A DNA stretch of 64,000 bases from Dipteris shenzhenensis (Eukaryota): the NCBI GenBank assembly GCA_047967505.1, contig CM106538.1; one strand, written 5' to 3'. Below, piece by piece: positions 13,923-27,297 of this stretch. Position 1 is the first letter of the stretch. Each line of letters begins with the position of its first letter. The notes under the pieces are model-generated. The model was not told the DNA's origin, searched no databases, and saw nothing but the letters and a program-made list of their open reading frames with translations. A program made the translations under genes and the position numbers.

Positions 13923-16900
13923 TGTGACGCCAAAAATTGATATTTTTAATTTGGATTTGGTATTGTTTTTCTCTATGTTTGATAAGAGGTTGAGTATCAA
14001 GTGATAGCCTAGTGGCTCTCACTTATTTCTATTTTCTATGATATTGTATGGGATTGAGAGGATGAGTGGAATGGCTCATTGTAAATACCATAGGTATGAA
14101 TTATAAATACCTTGGTATGGGGTGAGAGTTATTTGTGTATGGGATATTATGGAGTTTTTAGAAAATAGGAAGAGTGAGTCATATAAAGAGGTGGGCTCAT
14201 GTCCATGTGTTCCAATAATATAAGAGAGGCCACATGCCAAGCGTGTGGAAGGCATGTGGAGGAGTGTGAAGTCAAGAGGAATCCTTCTAGAATTCCTATG
14301 TGGAATAAGGAGGATGTGGACACGTGGAAAAGAGAGGTCCCTATGGGCTCCATGTGGGGAGACCCTTGACTTTCTCAATATTTTAAGAGTCTTGAGCATC
14401 TTGTGATGGGACACATGGAAAGAGTAGCCAAAAAGGACATGGATGGTGACATACAAGCTTATGTGATCGATGGGGAAAAGAATCTACAGGCAGCCATTGT
14501 AAATGGGTGAAGGAGGGTGATAAAATCTCTATAAAAGGAGCCCTCCTCTCCCTTGTTCATCAATCTCCTCCACCATTAGGCCTCATGTTGCTGTAGCTCT
14601 AGTCTCCTCAAGCCTCTTCCATGAGCCTTCTCTCCCTCTTGTAGATATTCTCTTATGTAGACTCTTGAGTCCATCTCTCTCTACTTCGTTCTCTCTCTAT
14701 GAGTAGTCTTGGAGCTTTCGCTCCCTCTTGTACATATGAAACCTCTTCTTCTCCCTTGTGCTTGTAGTGTTTTGAGTTGCATTGGAGTGGAGTCTCACTC
14801 TATTGGTAATGAACGTCACTTCAGGTTCTCTCTCTCTTGAGTGTCTCTTCCCTTTTCTTTCTTTCAAAGCTTTAAAAGTTCTTTCTATTCCGTCGCTCAC
14901 TGTGCACACATGGTCCATCGATTTCCCAAGCCACCATGCAAACTTCTTCCCCTCTTCTAGGCAAAATCTATGAGCGGTGGATCGTTGATGAAGGTGGAGT
15001 CTTAAGGGAGCATCCTGCTCAGGAGAAATTAGCATGGGTGGAGGGTAGTTTTCATGACAGTTTGACCCCCTATCAGTGTTTTGCTCATAACTTTCTGCTC
15101 AATAGTTTGATTTTAATGAAATTTATATCAAAGCGAAGCTCTTTTTAAGGCGCATGTTTGTATGTGATCAGATCTTGAATGAGATACTGCTGCAAAAAGT
15201 TATGTCTCTGTGTCTGATAGTCTATTTTCATGACAGTTTTTACCCCCGTCTAGTAAATTGTCCACAACTTTTTGGCCGCTTCTCTGTTTCTTGCGAAACA
15301 TATATCAACGCGAAGCTCTCTTTAAGGCACATGTCTCTATGTGCCTAGATCTTGAATCCAATATTGCTGCAAAATGTTATGAGTCTCTGTGTTTGACAAT
15401 CTCTTTTTATGATAGTTTTTACTCCCTTCCAGTAAACTGTCCATATCTCTTCAACCGTCTATCTGTTTTCAACAAAACTTATATTAGCGTGAAGCCCATC
15501 TTAAGGCGCATCTCTTTGTGCATTTGAATCTTTGATATCATGTCTCTACTGAAAGTTATAGGCCTCTGTGTCTAATGACAATTTGTAGAGTGTTTTGAGC
15601 TGTGTAAAGGTGTCTATGAAGGAGGTGCAATGTTTCCTCAGAACCTACCCATCCGACCCAATCAGCCCCTTCAAACTCCTCGATATATATCAGTTCATGT
15701 CATGTTGAGCCGTAAGATCTTCTTTCAACAACGTATCGCTCTTCTCTTTGGCGTAGACCGGCTCGTTGAAATTATGGCCTCTCCTGATCCTTTCCTTCTC
15801 CCTATGCTTGATTACAACATCACTTAGGATGTTACCATCTTCACTCTCATCTGAGGGAGGAAAGTATGGTGTGATATCTTGGCATAAAAGCTTCTCTTTT
15901 AATTTCCTATTCTCAATGATAAATATCTTTGTCAGTTAGTTCAAAAGCAACAGGAAGTGAAGAGGTGCGTGAAGTTTATTACCCCCAACTTCATGTCACA
16001 TCTTTTGATGGAGACGCCGAGTACGTTTGGTATTGGATTCATCCCACCTTACTAAACAGTCTCAAGTGTACTTGATTGGATGTTATGCCTAGTATAGGCA
16101 TGTGTTTTTGATAAGATAAAGAAGATGCTTGGAAGAACTCCATTAGAAGAGATTGCAGCCCGTTTAAGAGAACTAGAAGATTGTGAAGGTGATGCTCAAG
16201 CTATTCGCACAGTCACCATGATCATATCCTTTATGTTTGCACTGTTGAATATGTTGGTGAATTGACAACGTCGACAATAGGCACAATGATAAATTGGGGA
16301 TTGTTTCATGCACTGGCAGCTTGGTGTGAAGAAGAGTTGAGTCTTTGGGTAGTTTTTGACTATAACAGTGGAGTGGTGATTCTCAATGCTTTCAACTTCT
16401 TTTGATATGAAAATGATGAAGAGTACAATGTCTTGAAGCTGTTATGTGCACTTCCAATTGTGAGAAAGGTGATTCTTGAATGCATGTATACACAATGTTT
16501 TCATGGTGCTGGTTGGTCACTTATTTTTGAAGATTTTGTAGAGGATCACATTGTGGAGGGTATTCAACAAGTGGTTATGCATAATAAGTTGGTCTTGGTA
16601 TACTAAGGCTTTGTGGGATCTTGTTTGGATCTTATTTGGGATATTATTTGGGTCTTGGTGTTTCCTTTTTGTGTTTCTTCATGGTGAAGATTCCAGTGTT
16701 TCAAGGGACCCAAGGGGAAGACTCGGAGTCTTATCTTCGGGATTTTGTTCAAGGATGCCGGCTTTCTGGATGGTCCATGAAGGATCGGGCGGAGATTTTG
16801 CCTGATTTTCTTGAAGGTGTAGCCTTGAGTTGGCATAAGACCTTGTCGGACTCTACCAAGGACCAAGTGGTGGCAGCAATGAAGCAGAGATTTGGGGTAG

Positions 16901-19900
16901 TGGAGTCGCCAAATGCTTTGATGTTGTAGTTGGACTGGTTCTATCAAGGAGAGGGTGAGTTGGCATTGGCAATCTGATATGAAACTTTATGGACAAAGTA
17001 TGAAAGGGCAGCTTTGCGAGCTGTGGCATCTGCATCATCGGCCCCTCAAAGTCTCTTAGGGATGGAGCACTTAAAGATGAGCAAATTTTGTATGGCTTTG
17101 GAGCCTCATCTTTGCTCAAAAGTAATGAGTAAAGATCCAACAACATACGTGGAGGCACTTCACATTGCGACCAAGAAAGAAGCTTCTCTAAAGATCGAAT
17201 CCTCTTTTGTGTCTTCAACAGCTTCAACTTCTAAGGTGGAGGTAATGGGCGCTCCTTAGGTACCAAATTCCTCTGAGTTAGATCATAATATCTCTCAATT
17301 GATGGCAGAGTTTGCTGATTTGAAATTGCATTTGGTTAATGCACGACAACCTACAGCACCAAAGAGTGAAGATAGGCCTCGAGATAAGAGTGGGGTCACT
17401 TGCTATGAATGTAATGAAAAAGGTCACTATCGCCCCAAGTGTCTTAGATTGATAAAGAAAGAAGAAAAACAAGTATCATTGTTAGAAGCTTCTTCAGGGG
17501 ATGAGGAAAGAGAGGTAATGATGGCTAAACGGGGGCGTGGTAAAGCAAAAGAAGAAGAAGAAAGCAAGGAAGAAGTAGATGAGGAACATCAGGGAGAGGA
17601 ACACCGTAGTAAGAAAAAGAAGGCATCTAGAAGGAGAATAGTCAGACTTTCCTTTAGGACAAGGAATCGGAAGCTATGACTTGTTATCCGACCTTAAAGA
17701 AAAGGAAGCTCATATCACCTTTGGTCAATTACTTGCTTTGTCTCCAAAACTACGGAAGGAATGGGGAAAGCTAGCAAGCACAAGAGTATCAAAGAAGAAA
17801 AAGAAGAAAAGCTCCATTCCTATTGTTCAAAAGGTAGATATAGATGTTGGTGATGATGTACCTGTGGTTGATGTGATCATTGATGGTCAAGTGATATCTA
17901 ATGTTTACATTGATGGAGGTGCATCAATTAATGTCATGAGTGAGAAGACCATGATAGATGCTGATTTAAAATACTCTAGTACTACCTCTCCTTATCGCAT
18001 CAAATTGGCTGACAACACTAAGGTTAAGACCTTGGGAGTTGTGAAGAATCTAGAAGTGGATGTATGTGGAATTTCTGTGCCGACTACTTTTCAGGTGATC
18101 CCTACCAAGCCAGATGCACGTGCCTATCCATTGATTTTGGGAAGGCCTTGGCTACGCAAGGTGAAGGCTGTTCAAAAGTGGGATTGATTTTGTAGGGAAA
18201 TGATAAGAAGGTGCCCTACAACATTAGAAGTCGCAAAAAGGAAGTTATCAAGGAGGAGACTTCAACATCAGAGAGTTCAAGCTCTGATTTAACCGATGAA
18301 GAAGAACAGATAGGGTGTAGCTTCGAGGAGTCCAACTCAGAGGGTGAGGTGGAAGGAGTGGCCTTTGGTCTTTGTCTTGGTGCTGATCGGGATGAGTCAG
18401 GAAGGAACAAGGTGGTGGTGTAAGAAGATCCTGTAGAGACACTTCATGTGGAGGATGTGGAGCACACTAAATGACGCCAACGCAATGAAGAGCTTCTTGG
18501 TGATTCTCTATCAGGTAGTGAGAAGCTCCAGTACTTGGATATGTTAGATGATTTTCCATGTTTCTTTGCAACAAGCTATTCATAGGTTCGACCAATCTCT
18601 CTTGTGGAGCACAAGATTGAGTTGAAGCCAGAATGCAAGCCAGTTGTGCAACGCTTAAGGCGATTGGGGGTGATCCAAGCTGAGGCACTAAAGAAAGAGG
18701 TAATACAACTACTTGAGGTGGGATTCATCTTTCCTGTTGATGATTCAGAATGGATATCTCCTGTAGTTGTCACACCAAAGAAAGGAAATAAGTGGCGGGT
18801 TTGTGTGGACTTTTGTCCTTTGAATGCATGCACTAAGAGGGATCATTTTCCTTTGCCATTCCAAGATGAAATACTAGACGAAGTAGCAGGGCATGAGATG
18901 TATTCTGTTTGTGATGGGTATTCTGGGTACTTTCAAATTCGTATTCGGGAGCAAGATCGAAAGAAAACATCATTTGTCACACGTTGGGGAGTCTTTACTT
19001 ACAGAGTGATGCCTTTTGGGTTGACCAATGCACCAGCTAAATTTCAAAGGTTCATGAGTCAAGTCCTTGAGCCTTACTTGGGAAAGTTCATAAGGGTGTT
19101 TTTGGATGTTTTTTGCATTTATTCTCGGCGCATAGATCACATGGAGAAGTTAAAGATGGCCTTAGCTAGGATTGATGAAGCAAAAGGGTGTCTAAATCCT
19201 AGCAAGTGTCATTTGGCTCAAACAAAAGTAGTCTTGTTGGGGCATATTGTGTCTGAAGAAGGCCTGCAAATGGATCCTGACAAGGTTCAAGCAATCATGG
19301 CATTGCCAAGTCTTGAGAGTGTCACTAGTGTTCGTAGAATTCTAGGAAAGAGCAAGTATTATCAACACTTTTGTGATGATTTCACAGAGATAGTGCATCC
19401 CATGAATTTGTTGACAAGAAAAGGAGTTTCTTTCCAATGGGGTGTGGAGTAACAAGAGTCTTTCTAGCAACTTAAGGAGGCCATGAGTAAGGGCCTAATA
19501 TTGAAGCCCCCTGATTGGTCTCAAGACTTTTATGTAAATCCAAGTGTATCTTTGCATTAAGTTGGTGCTGTATTGCTACAAAAAGGAGAGGCAGGTAGAA
19601 TGCAACCCATCTATTGTGCCAGTCGACAGCTTACAGATGTGGAAACAAGGTATGAAGAAATGGAGCAGCAAGCTCTCTCTTTGGTGTTTTCAGTCAGAAA
19701 GTTTTGCTCCTATTTATTACCTCGACCATTTTTCTTCCTTACCTCTCACTCTATATTAGCATATCTATTCACAAGCCTAATCATGGGGGGAGATTTGCAA
19801 AATGGTTGTTAGAGCTTCAAGAGTTTTCTTTCTCTTTTGTCACTGAAAATACCACTAGGTCCACTATGGCAGATTTGCTCACAGGACGGGAGGATCTAGG

Positions 19901-22900
19901 AGAAGAAAAGAAATGTAAGGAGAACATTAAACATGAAAGAGATATACCACCAGCAGCTTTTGTTTTGTATTTTGATGGGGCTTTTAGTCCTTCACGCCAA
20001 CAAGGATCCGGGGGGATGGTCTTGATGAATTCTAAAGGTCAAGAAGTATGGGCAAGAGGACAAGAGCTCCCAGGAATCACAACTAACAATATAGCTGAGT
20101 ATAATGCTTTGATTCTTGGTCTGGAGGGTTGTCTTCAAAGTCAAATTAAATAATTGAAAGTAAGAGGAGATTCTCAGCTTATTATAAAGCAAATGCAAGG
20201 GCATTACAAGACAAGAAGTCCTCATTTGAAGGAGCTTAATCAAAAGGCTATGGCACTATGTAGTCAATTTGATTTTTGCAAGTTTGTTTATATAAACAGA
20301 AAAGAAAATCAAAGGGCAGATGAGTTAGCTACTCAAGCCATTATAGTACAAGACTGGGGGGTGGTTTCTTTGGTAGACACTGGATGGCCAGAGCTGCAAG
20401 ATGTTCAACAATATGTGGAAGAAGGCATGTTTCCTCGAGGGTTAACTCCACAATATAGAAGCAGAGATTGGTAAGGAAGGCTTGTCCCTATACTATTGTT
20501 GATGACATTCTTTATAAATTGGGAAAAGACAAGGTGCTCCGTCAGGTGGTTCATCCCATGGAGACTAGGAGAATCCTAGAAATGTGTCATGAATGCTCTA
20601 GTCATTTTGCTTTAACAAGCACAGCTAGGAGAATTCTTAATGCAGGTTACTTTTGGCCACGCCTCCATAAGGATGTATATGAATGGTGTCAAAGTTGTAA
20701 AGTATGCCAAAAGTTTGGAAGGAGACAGTTGATTCCTGGGCCCTTAAAGCCTACTCCAGCATATGGACCATTTGAGAGGTGGGGGTTGGACTTTGTGGGA
20801 CCACTCCCTCGCTCATCTCAAGGCAAACATTATTTATTGGTGGCCACAGATTATGTGACTCGGTGGGCAGAGGCCAAGGCCACAGTCAATAGCAAGGCAA
20901 GCATAGTTGCAAAATTTCTCTTTGAAATTTGTTCATGCGTTGGATGTCCTTTGGAAATTCTCACTGATGGAGGAACCTCTTTTAGAAATGAACTAATTGA
21001 AGATGTGGTGCATAAGCTAAAGATAAATCATAGCATGTCCACGCCATACTATCCCCAATGTAATGGCTTGGCTGAGGAAACAAATGGATTGCTGTGCAAT
21101 TAAATGGGAAAGCTCGTAGACACCAAGAAAAGGCATTGGGATAGGCACTTGGCAGAAGTTTTATGGGCTTATAGAACCACACACAAGCTAGCTATTGGGT
21201 TTACACCATTCCAACTAGTGTATGGAATAGAAGCCATTTTACCCATTGAATTGGAGATACATAGTCTTCACACAGCTGTTGCAAGAATAGAAGGACAGGA
21301 GGATGCCTATGCTCAATGCTTGGTACAGCTAGAAGCCTTGGATGAATACAGATTATAGGCCTTACAAAACTTGGAATCTTCTCAAAAAAGGCGCAAGGTC
21401 CGTTTTGACACCAAATTACGCAAGAAGAAAGATATTGTAGAAGGAGATTTGGTAATGAGATTTGATAGCCGTCTGGACAAGTGGCTAGACAAAAAGTTTA
21501 TCGGTCGATGGGAGGGACCATATCGAGTCAAAAAGAAGTTCACGAATGGAACCTATCAGCTTGAGGATGTTGATGGCATGGTGATACCCAGACGCACCAA
21601 TGAGTATCGCCTTAAATTCTTCTATGCTTGACCACCTTGAGGGCCAGTAGACCCTCTCTATCATTAGAGAGGATCTGCTGGGGGGGAAAGATGTGACGCC
21701 AAAAATTAATATTTTTAATTTGGCATTGGTATTGTTTTTCTCTATGTTTGATAAGAGGTTGAGTATCAAGTGATAGCCTAGCGGCTCTCACTTATTTCTA
21801 TTTTCTATGATATTGTATGGGATTGAGAGGATGAGTGGAATGGCTCATTATAAATACCATAGGTATGAATTATAAATACCTTGGTATGGGGTGAGAGTTA
21901 TTTGTGTATGGGATATTATGGGAGTTTTTAGAAAATAGGAAGAGTGAGTCATATAAAGAGGTGGGCTCATGTCCATGTGTTCCAATAATATAAGAGAGGC
22001 CACATGCCAAGCGTGTGGAAGGCATGTGGAGGAGTGTGAAGTTAAGAGGAATCCTTCTAGAATTCCTATGTGGAATAAGGAGGATGTGGACATGTGGAAA
22101 AGAGAGGGTCCCTATGGGCTCCATGTGGGGAGACTCTTGACTTGCTCAATATTTTAAGAGTCTTGAGCATCTTGTGATGGGACCCATGGCAAGAGTAGCC
22201 AAAAAGGACATGGATGGTGATATACGGGCTTATGTGATCGATGGGGAAAAGAATCTACAGGCAGCAATTGTAAATGGGTGAAGGAGGGTAACGAAATATC
22301 TATAAAAGGAGCCCTCCTCTTCCTTGTTCATCAATCTCTTCCACCATTAGGTCTCATGTTGCTATAGCTCTAGTCTCCTCAAGCCTCTTCCATGAGCCTT
22401 CTCTCCCTCTTGTAGATATTCTCTTATGTAGACTCTTGAGTCCATCTCTCTCTAGTTCGTTCTCTCTCTATGAGTAGTCTTGGAGCTTCCGCTCCCTCTT
22501 GTACATATGAAACCTCTTCTTCTCCCTTGTGTTTGTAGTGTTTTGAGTTGCATTGGAGTGGAGTCTCACTCTATTGGTAATGAAGGTCACTTCAGTTTCT
22601 CTCTCTCTTGAGTGTCTCTTCCCTTTTCTTTCTTTCAAAGCCTTAAAAGTTCTTTCTATTCGGCCGCTCACTGTGCACACATGGTCCATCTATTTCTCGA
22701 GCCACCATGCAAACTTCTTCTCCTCTTCTAGGCAAAATCTATGAGGGGTGGATCGTTGATGAAGGTGGAATCTTGAGGGAGCATCCTGCTCAGGCGAAAT
22801 TAGCATGGGTGGAGGGTAATTTTCATGACAGAGTGACCCCCTATCAGTGTTTTGCTCATAACTCTCTACTCAGTAGTCCGATTTTAATAAAATTTATATC

Positions 22901-23772
22901 AGCGCGAATCTCTCTTTAAGGCGCATGTTCTTATGTGACCAGATCTTGAATTAGATACTGCTGCAAAAAGTTATGAGTCTTTGTGTCTAACAGTCTGTTT
23001 TCATGACAGTTTTTACCCCTGTCTAGTAAACTATCCATAACTTTTTGGCCGCTTCTTTGTTTCTTGCGAAACATATATTAGCATGAAGCTCTCTTTAAGA
23101 TGCATGTCTCTATTGCTCAGATCTTGAATCAAATATTGCTGCAAAATGTTATGAGTCTCTGTGTTTGACAATCTGTTTTTATGACAGTTTTTACTCCCTT
23201 CCAGTAAACTGTCCATATCTCTTCAACCGTCTATTTGTTTTCAACGAAACTTATATCAACGCGAAGCCCATCTCAAGGCACATCTCTTTGTGTGTTTGAA
23301 TCTTTGATATCATGTCTCTACTGAAAGTTATAGGCCTCTGTGTCTAATGACAATTTGTAGAGTGTTTTGAAATGTGTAAAGGTGTCTATGAAGGAGGTGC
23401 AATGTTTCCTCGGAACCTACCCATCCGACCCAATCAGCCCCTTCAAACTCCTCGATATACATCAGTTCATGTCATGTTGAGCCACAAGATCTTCTTTCAA
23501 CAACGTATCGCTCTTCTCTTTGGCGCAGACCGGCTCGCTGAAATTATGGCCTCTCCTGATCCTTTCCTTCTCCCTATGCTTGATTACAACATCACTTGGG
23601 ATGTTACCATCTTCATTCTCATCTGAGGGAGGAAAGTATGGTGTGATATCTTGGCATAAAAGCTTCTTTTTTAATGTCCTATTCTCAATGATAAATATCT
23701 TTATCAGTCAGTTCGAAAGCAACAGGAAGTGAAGAGGTGCGTGAAGTTTATTACCCCCAACTTCATGTCACA
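13923..23772 (+). mobile_element. Full-length, decayed Tat-type Ty3/gypsy retrotransposon; LTRs 13923-16000 and 21692-23772
   Basis: 2.08-kb LTRs TGTGAC...GTCACA; flanks GTAG/GTAG; PBS-like TGATGGAGACGCCG after the 5' LTR; PPT GGGGGGGAAAGA; domain order gag-PR-RT-RH-aRH-INT. Confidence 0.95.
16681..21631 (+). pseudogene. gag-pol: Gag-Pol of the Tat-type element, including an additional archaeal-type RNase H
   Basis: Knuckle CYECNEKGHYRPKC; protease IDGGASIN; RT with mutated FLDVF; second RNase H (LYFDGA..TNNIAEYNAL..GDSQL..NQRADELA, about 19960-20340); integrase WGLDFVGP..TDGG..PQCNGLAE; multiple stops. Confidence 0.92.
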
Positions 23773-25609
23773 GTAGATAACCTTTTGTTCAAGTGATTTT
23801 CTCAATCGACTTTTTGGTTTGTTGAACATATATAATTATCACTGCAAAAGCATGTAGATTGGGCTACCTTACTCTTAAAAAAAAGATTGAAACTCTACTT
23901 GAGATCGATTAGATAAGATCTTCATCCCTAAAGATTGACTACGCTTGCAACAATGATCCTACGCTCTTGGTTTTTATGGTTATGAGTGACGGGCGTTGAG
24001 TTTCCTCTTCATCTAATTTTTATGGAGTCATGTAGCTAAAGAAGTTTGCTTTATGTGATTGAGCCTCTTTGTGATCCATTTGGGAACGTGAAAGCATGAT
24101 ATGCCAGTGTGTTAAATCCAAGGGAACACAAGTACTGAGTGCAAGATGGTATGATCAATTGGTAGAGATTGAAAGCGGGAGGGCAATGCTGTATCAAGAA
24201 GCTTCGTATCATTAAGTCTAATTTTTCATTGCTTTTGCTTTTGCTTCAAATATTGTTGATTCTATAAAAGTATGAACCTTTTCTATCCTCATGCCCTAGA
24301 TTAAGTTCTCTTTGGTTATGGGTGTTCATCTTCCTATCCAAACACTCTTTTACCAGTTTATTGATAGCAGGCAACACAAAAGAAACAACCATAACTTTCT
24401 TACCCAAAATTGAAATATAGTGATCCAGCCAGTGAAAATAACCAGCGCATGCACTTTGAACAAGCCATTGTGGGCCATTTTCATCAATCATGATTACGAC
24501 ACTAATTTTCCATGCATCTTTAATAACTTTTGCATATCAACTCAAAACTTAGAGATCAAGTAGTCGAAATGATCAGAAATAATATTTTGTGAATCATCGC
24601 ATTGTCAGATTGACAAAAATCATGTTGCTTTCTTCTCATAGTCATGCGAGAGCGTAGCCAGGCTCTGATACCATGTTGAGAGAAAGAGAAAGAGGAGAGA
24701 GACAGACACAAGAGTTGCTCCCAAAGAAGTGATTCTATTCATAGATCATAGGCATATATATAGTTGAGGACTAGGCTGAGTTAGGGCAAGTTATATATAG
24801 CTCTAACAAGCATGATTCCTTGTAGCCAAAATGCAGTTGCAATACTCAATAGAGTGATAGAATAGTGAGTGGTAGTCATGTGGCTCTCAAAATATGAGAC
24901 ATGGGTTTCATGAAAAGGCTCACATGGAACCTGTCCCTTGTACTTGTGGTATTGGATAAAAACACGTGTATGGATATTGTACAACGAAGTGGGTGCCTTA
25001 TCACACTTGGTAGAGCTCTTGGCCAGGGATTTAAAAAGTACGTTTTTAAAAAATACGCACTTTTTGATTAAAGATCAAGGCCTAACTCCCTAAATGCAAA
25101 AAAATGCGGTTCTTTACATTGGTTGTCGATTGGAAGAATACCGCATGGTGTACGCTCTGACCGCACCTACCATAATGTGCATACTGCACGGCATCTAACC
25201 ATATGAAGTGATATCATTTGTCCCACTAGGTCCCTCATCTCTACCACATGGTTTTTTTTAGGGCACCACTAGATACCGCTGGTAACCTGCTTGTACCGTG
25301 CGGTACATGTCCAATTGGTATGTGTGACACTTTGGATCATCTGATTGGGAAGGATAAGAAATATTGTACGTTGACAATGGACATACCGTGTGATGTAGGA
25401 TGGTACTGCTTAGCGTCCGTGACAAATCCTATAAAAGGACCTTACTCTCGCCACTATTGCCCTACCAAACCTGTCGCTTTCCACCACAGTTGTCACTTTC
25501 TACCTTTTGGTGAGATTTTAGAGCTTTTAGAGTCGGTCTATTAGGCCAGGTGATGACCTACCTTGGCCGGTCAGATTCACCTCGCTTGGCTGACTGAGAG
25601 TAGGTTGTT

Positions 25610-25750
25610 TGAGAGAGGGAAAGAGAGGGATTGAAAGAGAGAGAGAGAGAGAGAGGAAAGAGAGGGAGGGAGAGTAAAAGGGAGAGAGGGAGAGTAAAAG
25701 AGATAGAGGAAAATAGAGAGAGGGAGAGTAAAAGAGAGAGAGGGAGAGAT
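25610..25750 (+). repeat. GA-rich microsatellite / polypurine tract
   Basis: About 140 bp of almost pure G/A. Confidence 0.95.
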
Positions 25751-26389
25751 GTTTGTTTATGTGTCAGTCAAGCCAAGACATGATCCATTTCGGCCGATCG
25801 GATTCGCCTCCCCTCGACTGATATGTGTAATAGTAAAGATCAAAGCCGGGTGATGGATTGCATCTGCCAGTCGGTTCCCCCCACTTCGATCTTCTTATAT
25901 ATCATATCTCTTTATATGTATATAGGTGTCAATAGAGCCGAGTTTTATCTGGATGATGGCCCGCTTTTGCCGGCCGGTTCCTCCTGATAAAACTCTTCCC
26001 AATCGTATGTGTGATTGGCAAAGCTGATCTAGATCATCTTGATTATGTGATGCTATTATATCTTTTCTATTCTTACCTCCAGTAGCTGATAGATTGACAC
26101 TTGATGGTGAGTTTATGGAATTCCCTCTATAATAGTAGAAGATCGCGTAGTGATTGCTATAGTAGTGGATTATGTTGCGAGATCACGAATTACTTGACGT
26201 AATATACCATCACCTTGAAAAGTTAGTGGTTTATTTCTAAGTATCAGAAGTTATTCAAAAATGTTAATGATGTTGCATGTTTATTTTGAATGAAATTTAG
26301 TTTACACCAGCATTGTAGTTTTGCATATGTATTTTGGATGTTCTTTATTTTCAAGTTTGAGCGTTTACAAAACAATTGTTGCATGCACT

Positions 26390-27008
26390 AGATCACCACA
26401 TTGTCTACACACCAAATCTCCACTCACCAAGTTGCAAGCAAGGTTATTTTGTCATCATGGATTGTCCATTGCTGTTACTATTGCTAGTGGTTTGAAAGTA
26501 ATTCACGAACAAAGATATGCGCACACCGATCTGCAAGCAACCAACTACATGCTGGACTTTACAACGGATGACATGTCTGCCCGAGTTGGGATTATTAATT
26601 GGGGAAGAAGCCTCCATTGGACTGAAAGTCGATATTCGCAAGACTTGGCTTTTGCTCCTCCTAGGTCATTTCCTCGTCATTTCCATGGTTAGTACCGGAA
26701 TTATATGCCAGTACAACTACACAAGCAAATCCCAAGGGCGCATGGGCACAGAGTAAGAATGCTTTGCTGTTGGATGGCTATTTTGGCAAATTGCCAACTT
26801 TCTCATAGATGTTGCAGACGCTCTTAGTGACAACTCCGTGAAGGGCGACCTTGCAATCAAGCTTTTGGTTGATTGTGGGAGCATGCTATGCAAGATTGAT
26901 CCAAAGGAGCGATCTTCCATGGAAGCAATTTTAACAAAACTACATAGTTTTAATGTAAACGAGGATGTGGCAATGCAATCCATTGAGGAAATGAAGACAT
27001 GTTATTGA
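26390..27008 (+). pseudogene. Protein kinase C-lobe, divergent non-RD type
   Basis: GLKVIHEQRYAHTDLQATNYML..VGIINWG, then after a frameshift WLVPELY..FAVGWLFWQI..IDPKERSSMEAIL (subdomains VIa-XI). Confidence 0.8.
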
Positions 27009-27297
27009 ATATAAGCTACATATTTTTTTAGATTGACCCATATGATCGCACTATGATTGTCAAAGTTTAATGTCTTTGAAAAATGTAAATGTCGATTTAA
27101 AAATGTAACAATTTGTTAGAGTTTGCCGTTTTTATTTGTACAGTTTAATCAATCGTGGTCAATCCGTAATCTTGTTAGTTAGATAAATTCTTATATGGTG
27201 TGGTTGGTATGCGCATGTAATAATTAAATGTTTCAATAACAAGTTGCTCACTCGATTTCACATGCTTGTTAGATCTTATCTTGCTCCCTCACTCACC

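Larger units (their letters stand above)
11173..24808 (-). mobile_element. Non-autonomous LTR retroelement with very short LTRs (11173-11301 and 24674-24808) and a non-coding interior, interrupted by a Tat element
   Basis: TG...CA direct repeats of 129 and 135 bp; perfect 5-bp TSD AGCAT (11168-11172 and 24809-24813); Met PBS (GGCTCTGATACCA on +) at 24661-24673; PPT-like tract at 11302-11310. Confidence 0.92.

Noticed and set aside
14076-15827. ORFs duplicated at 21848-23732
   Set aside because: They lie within the two LTRs and are chance frames.
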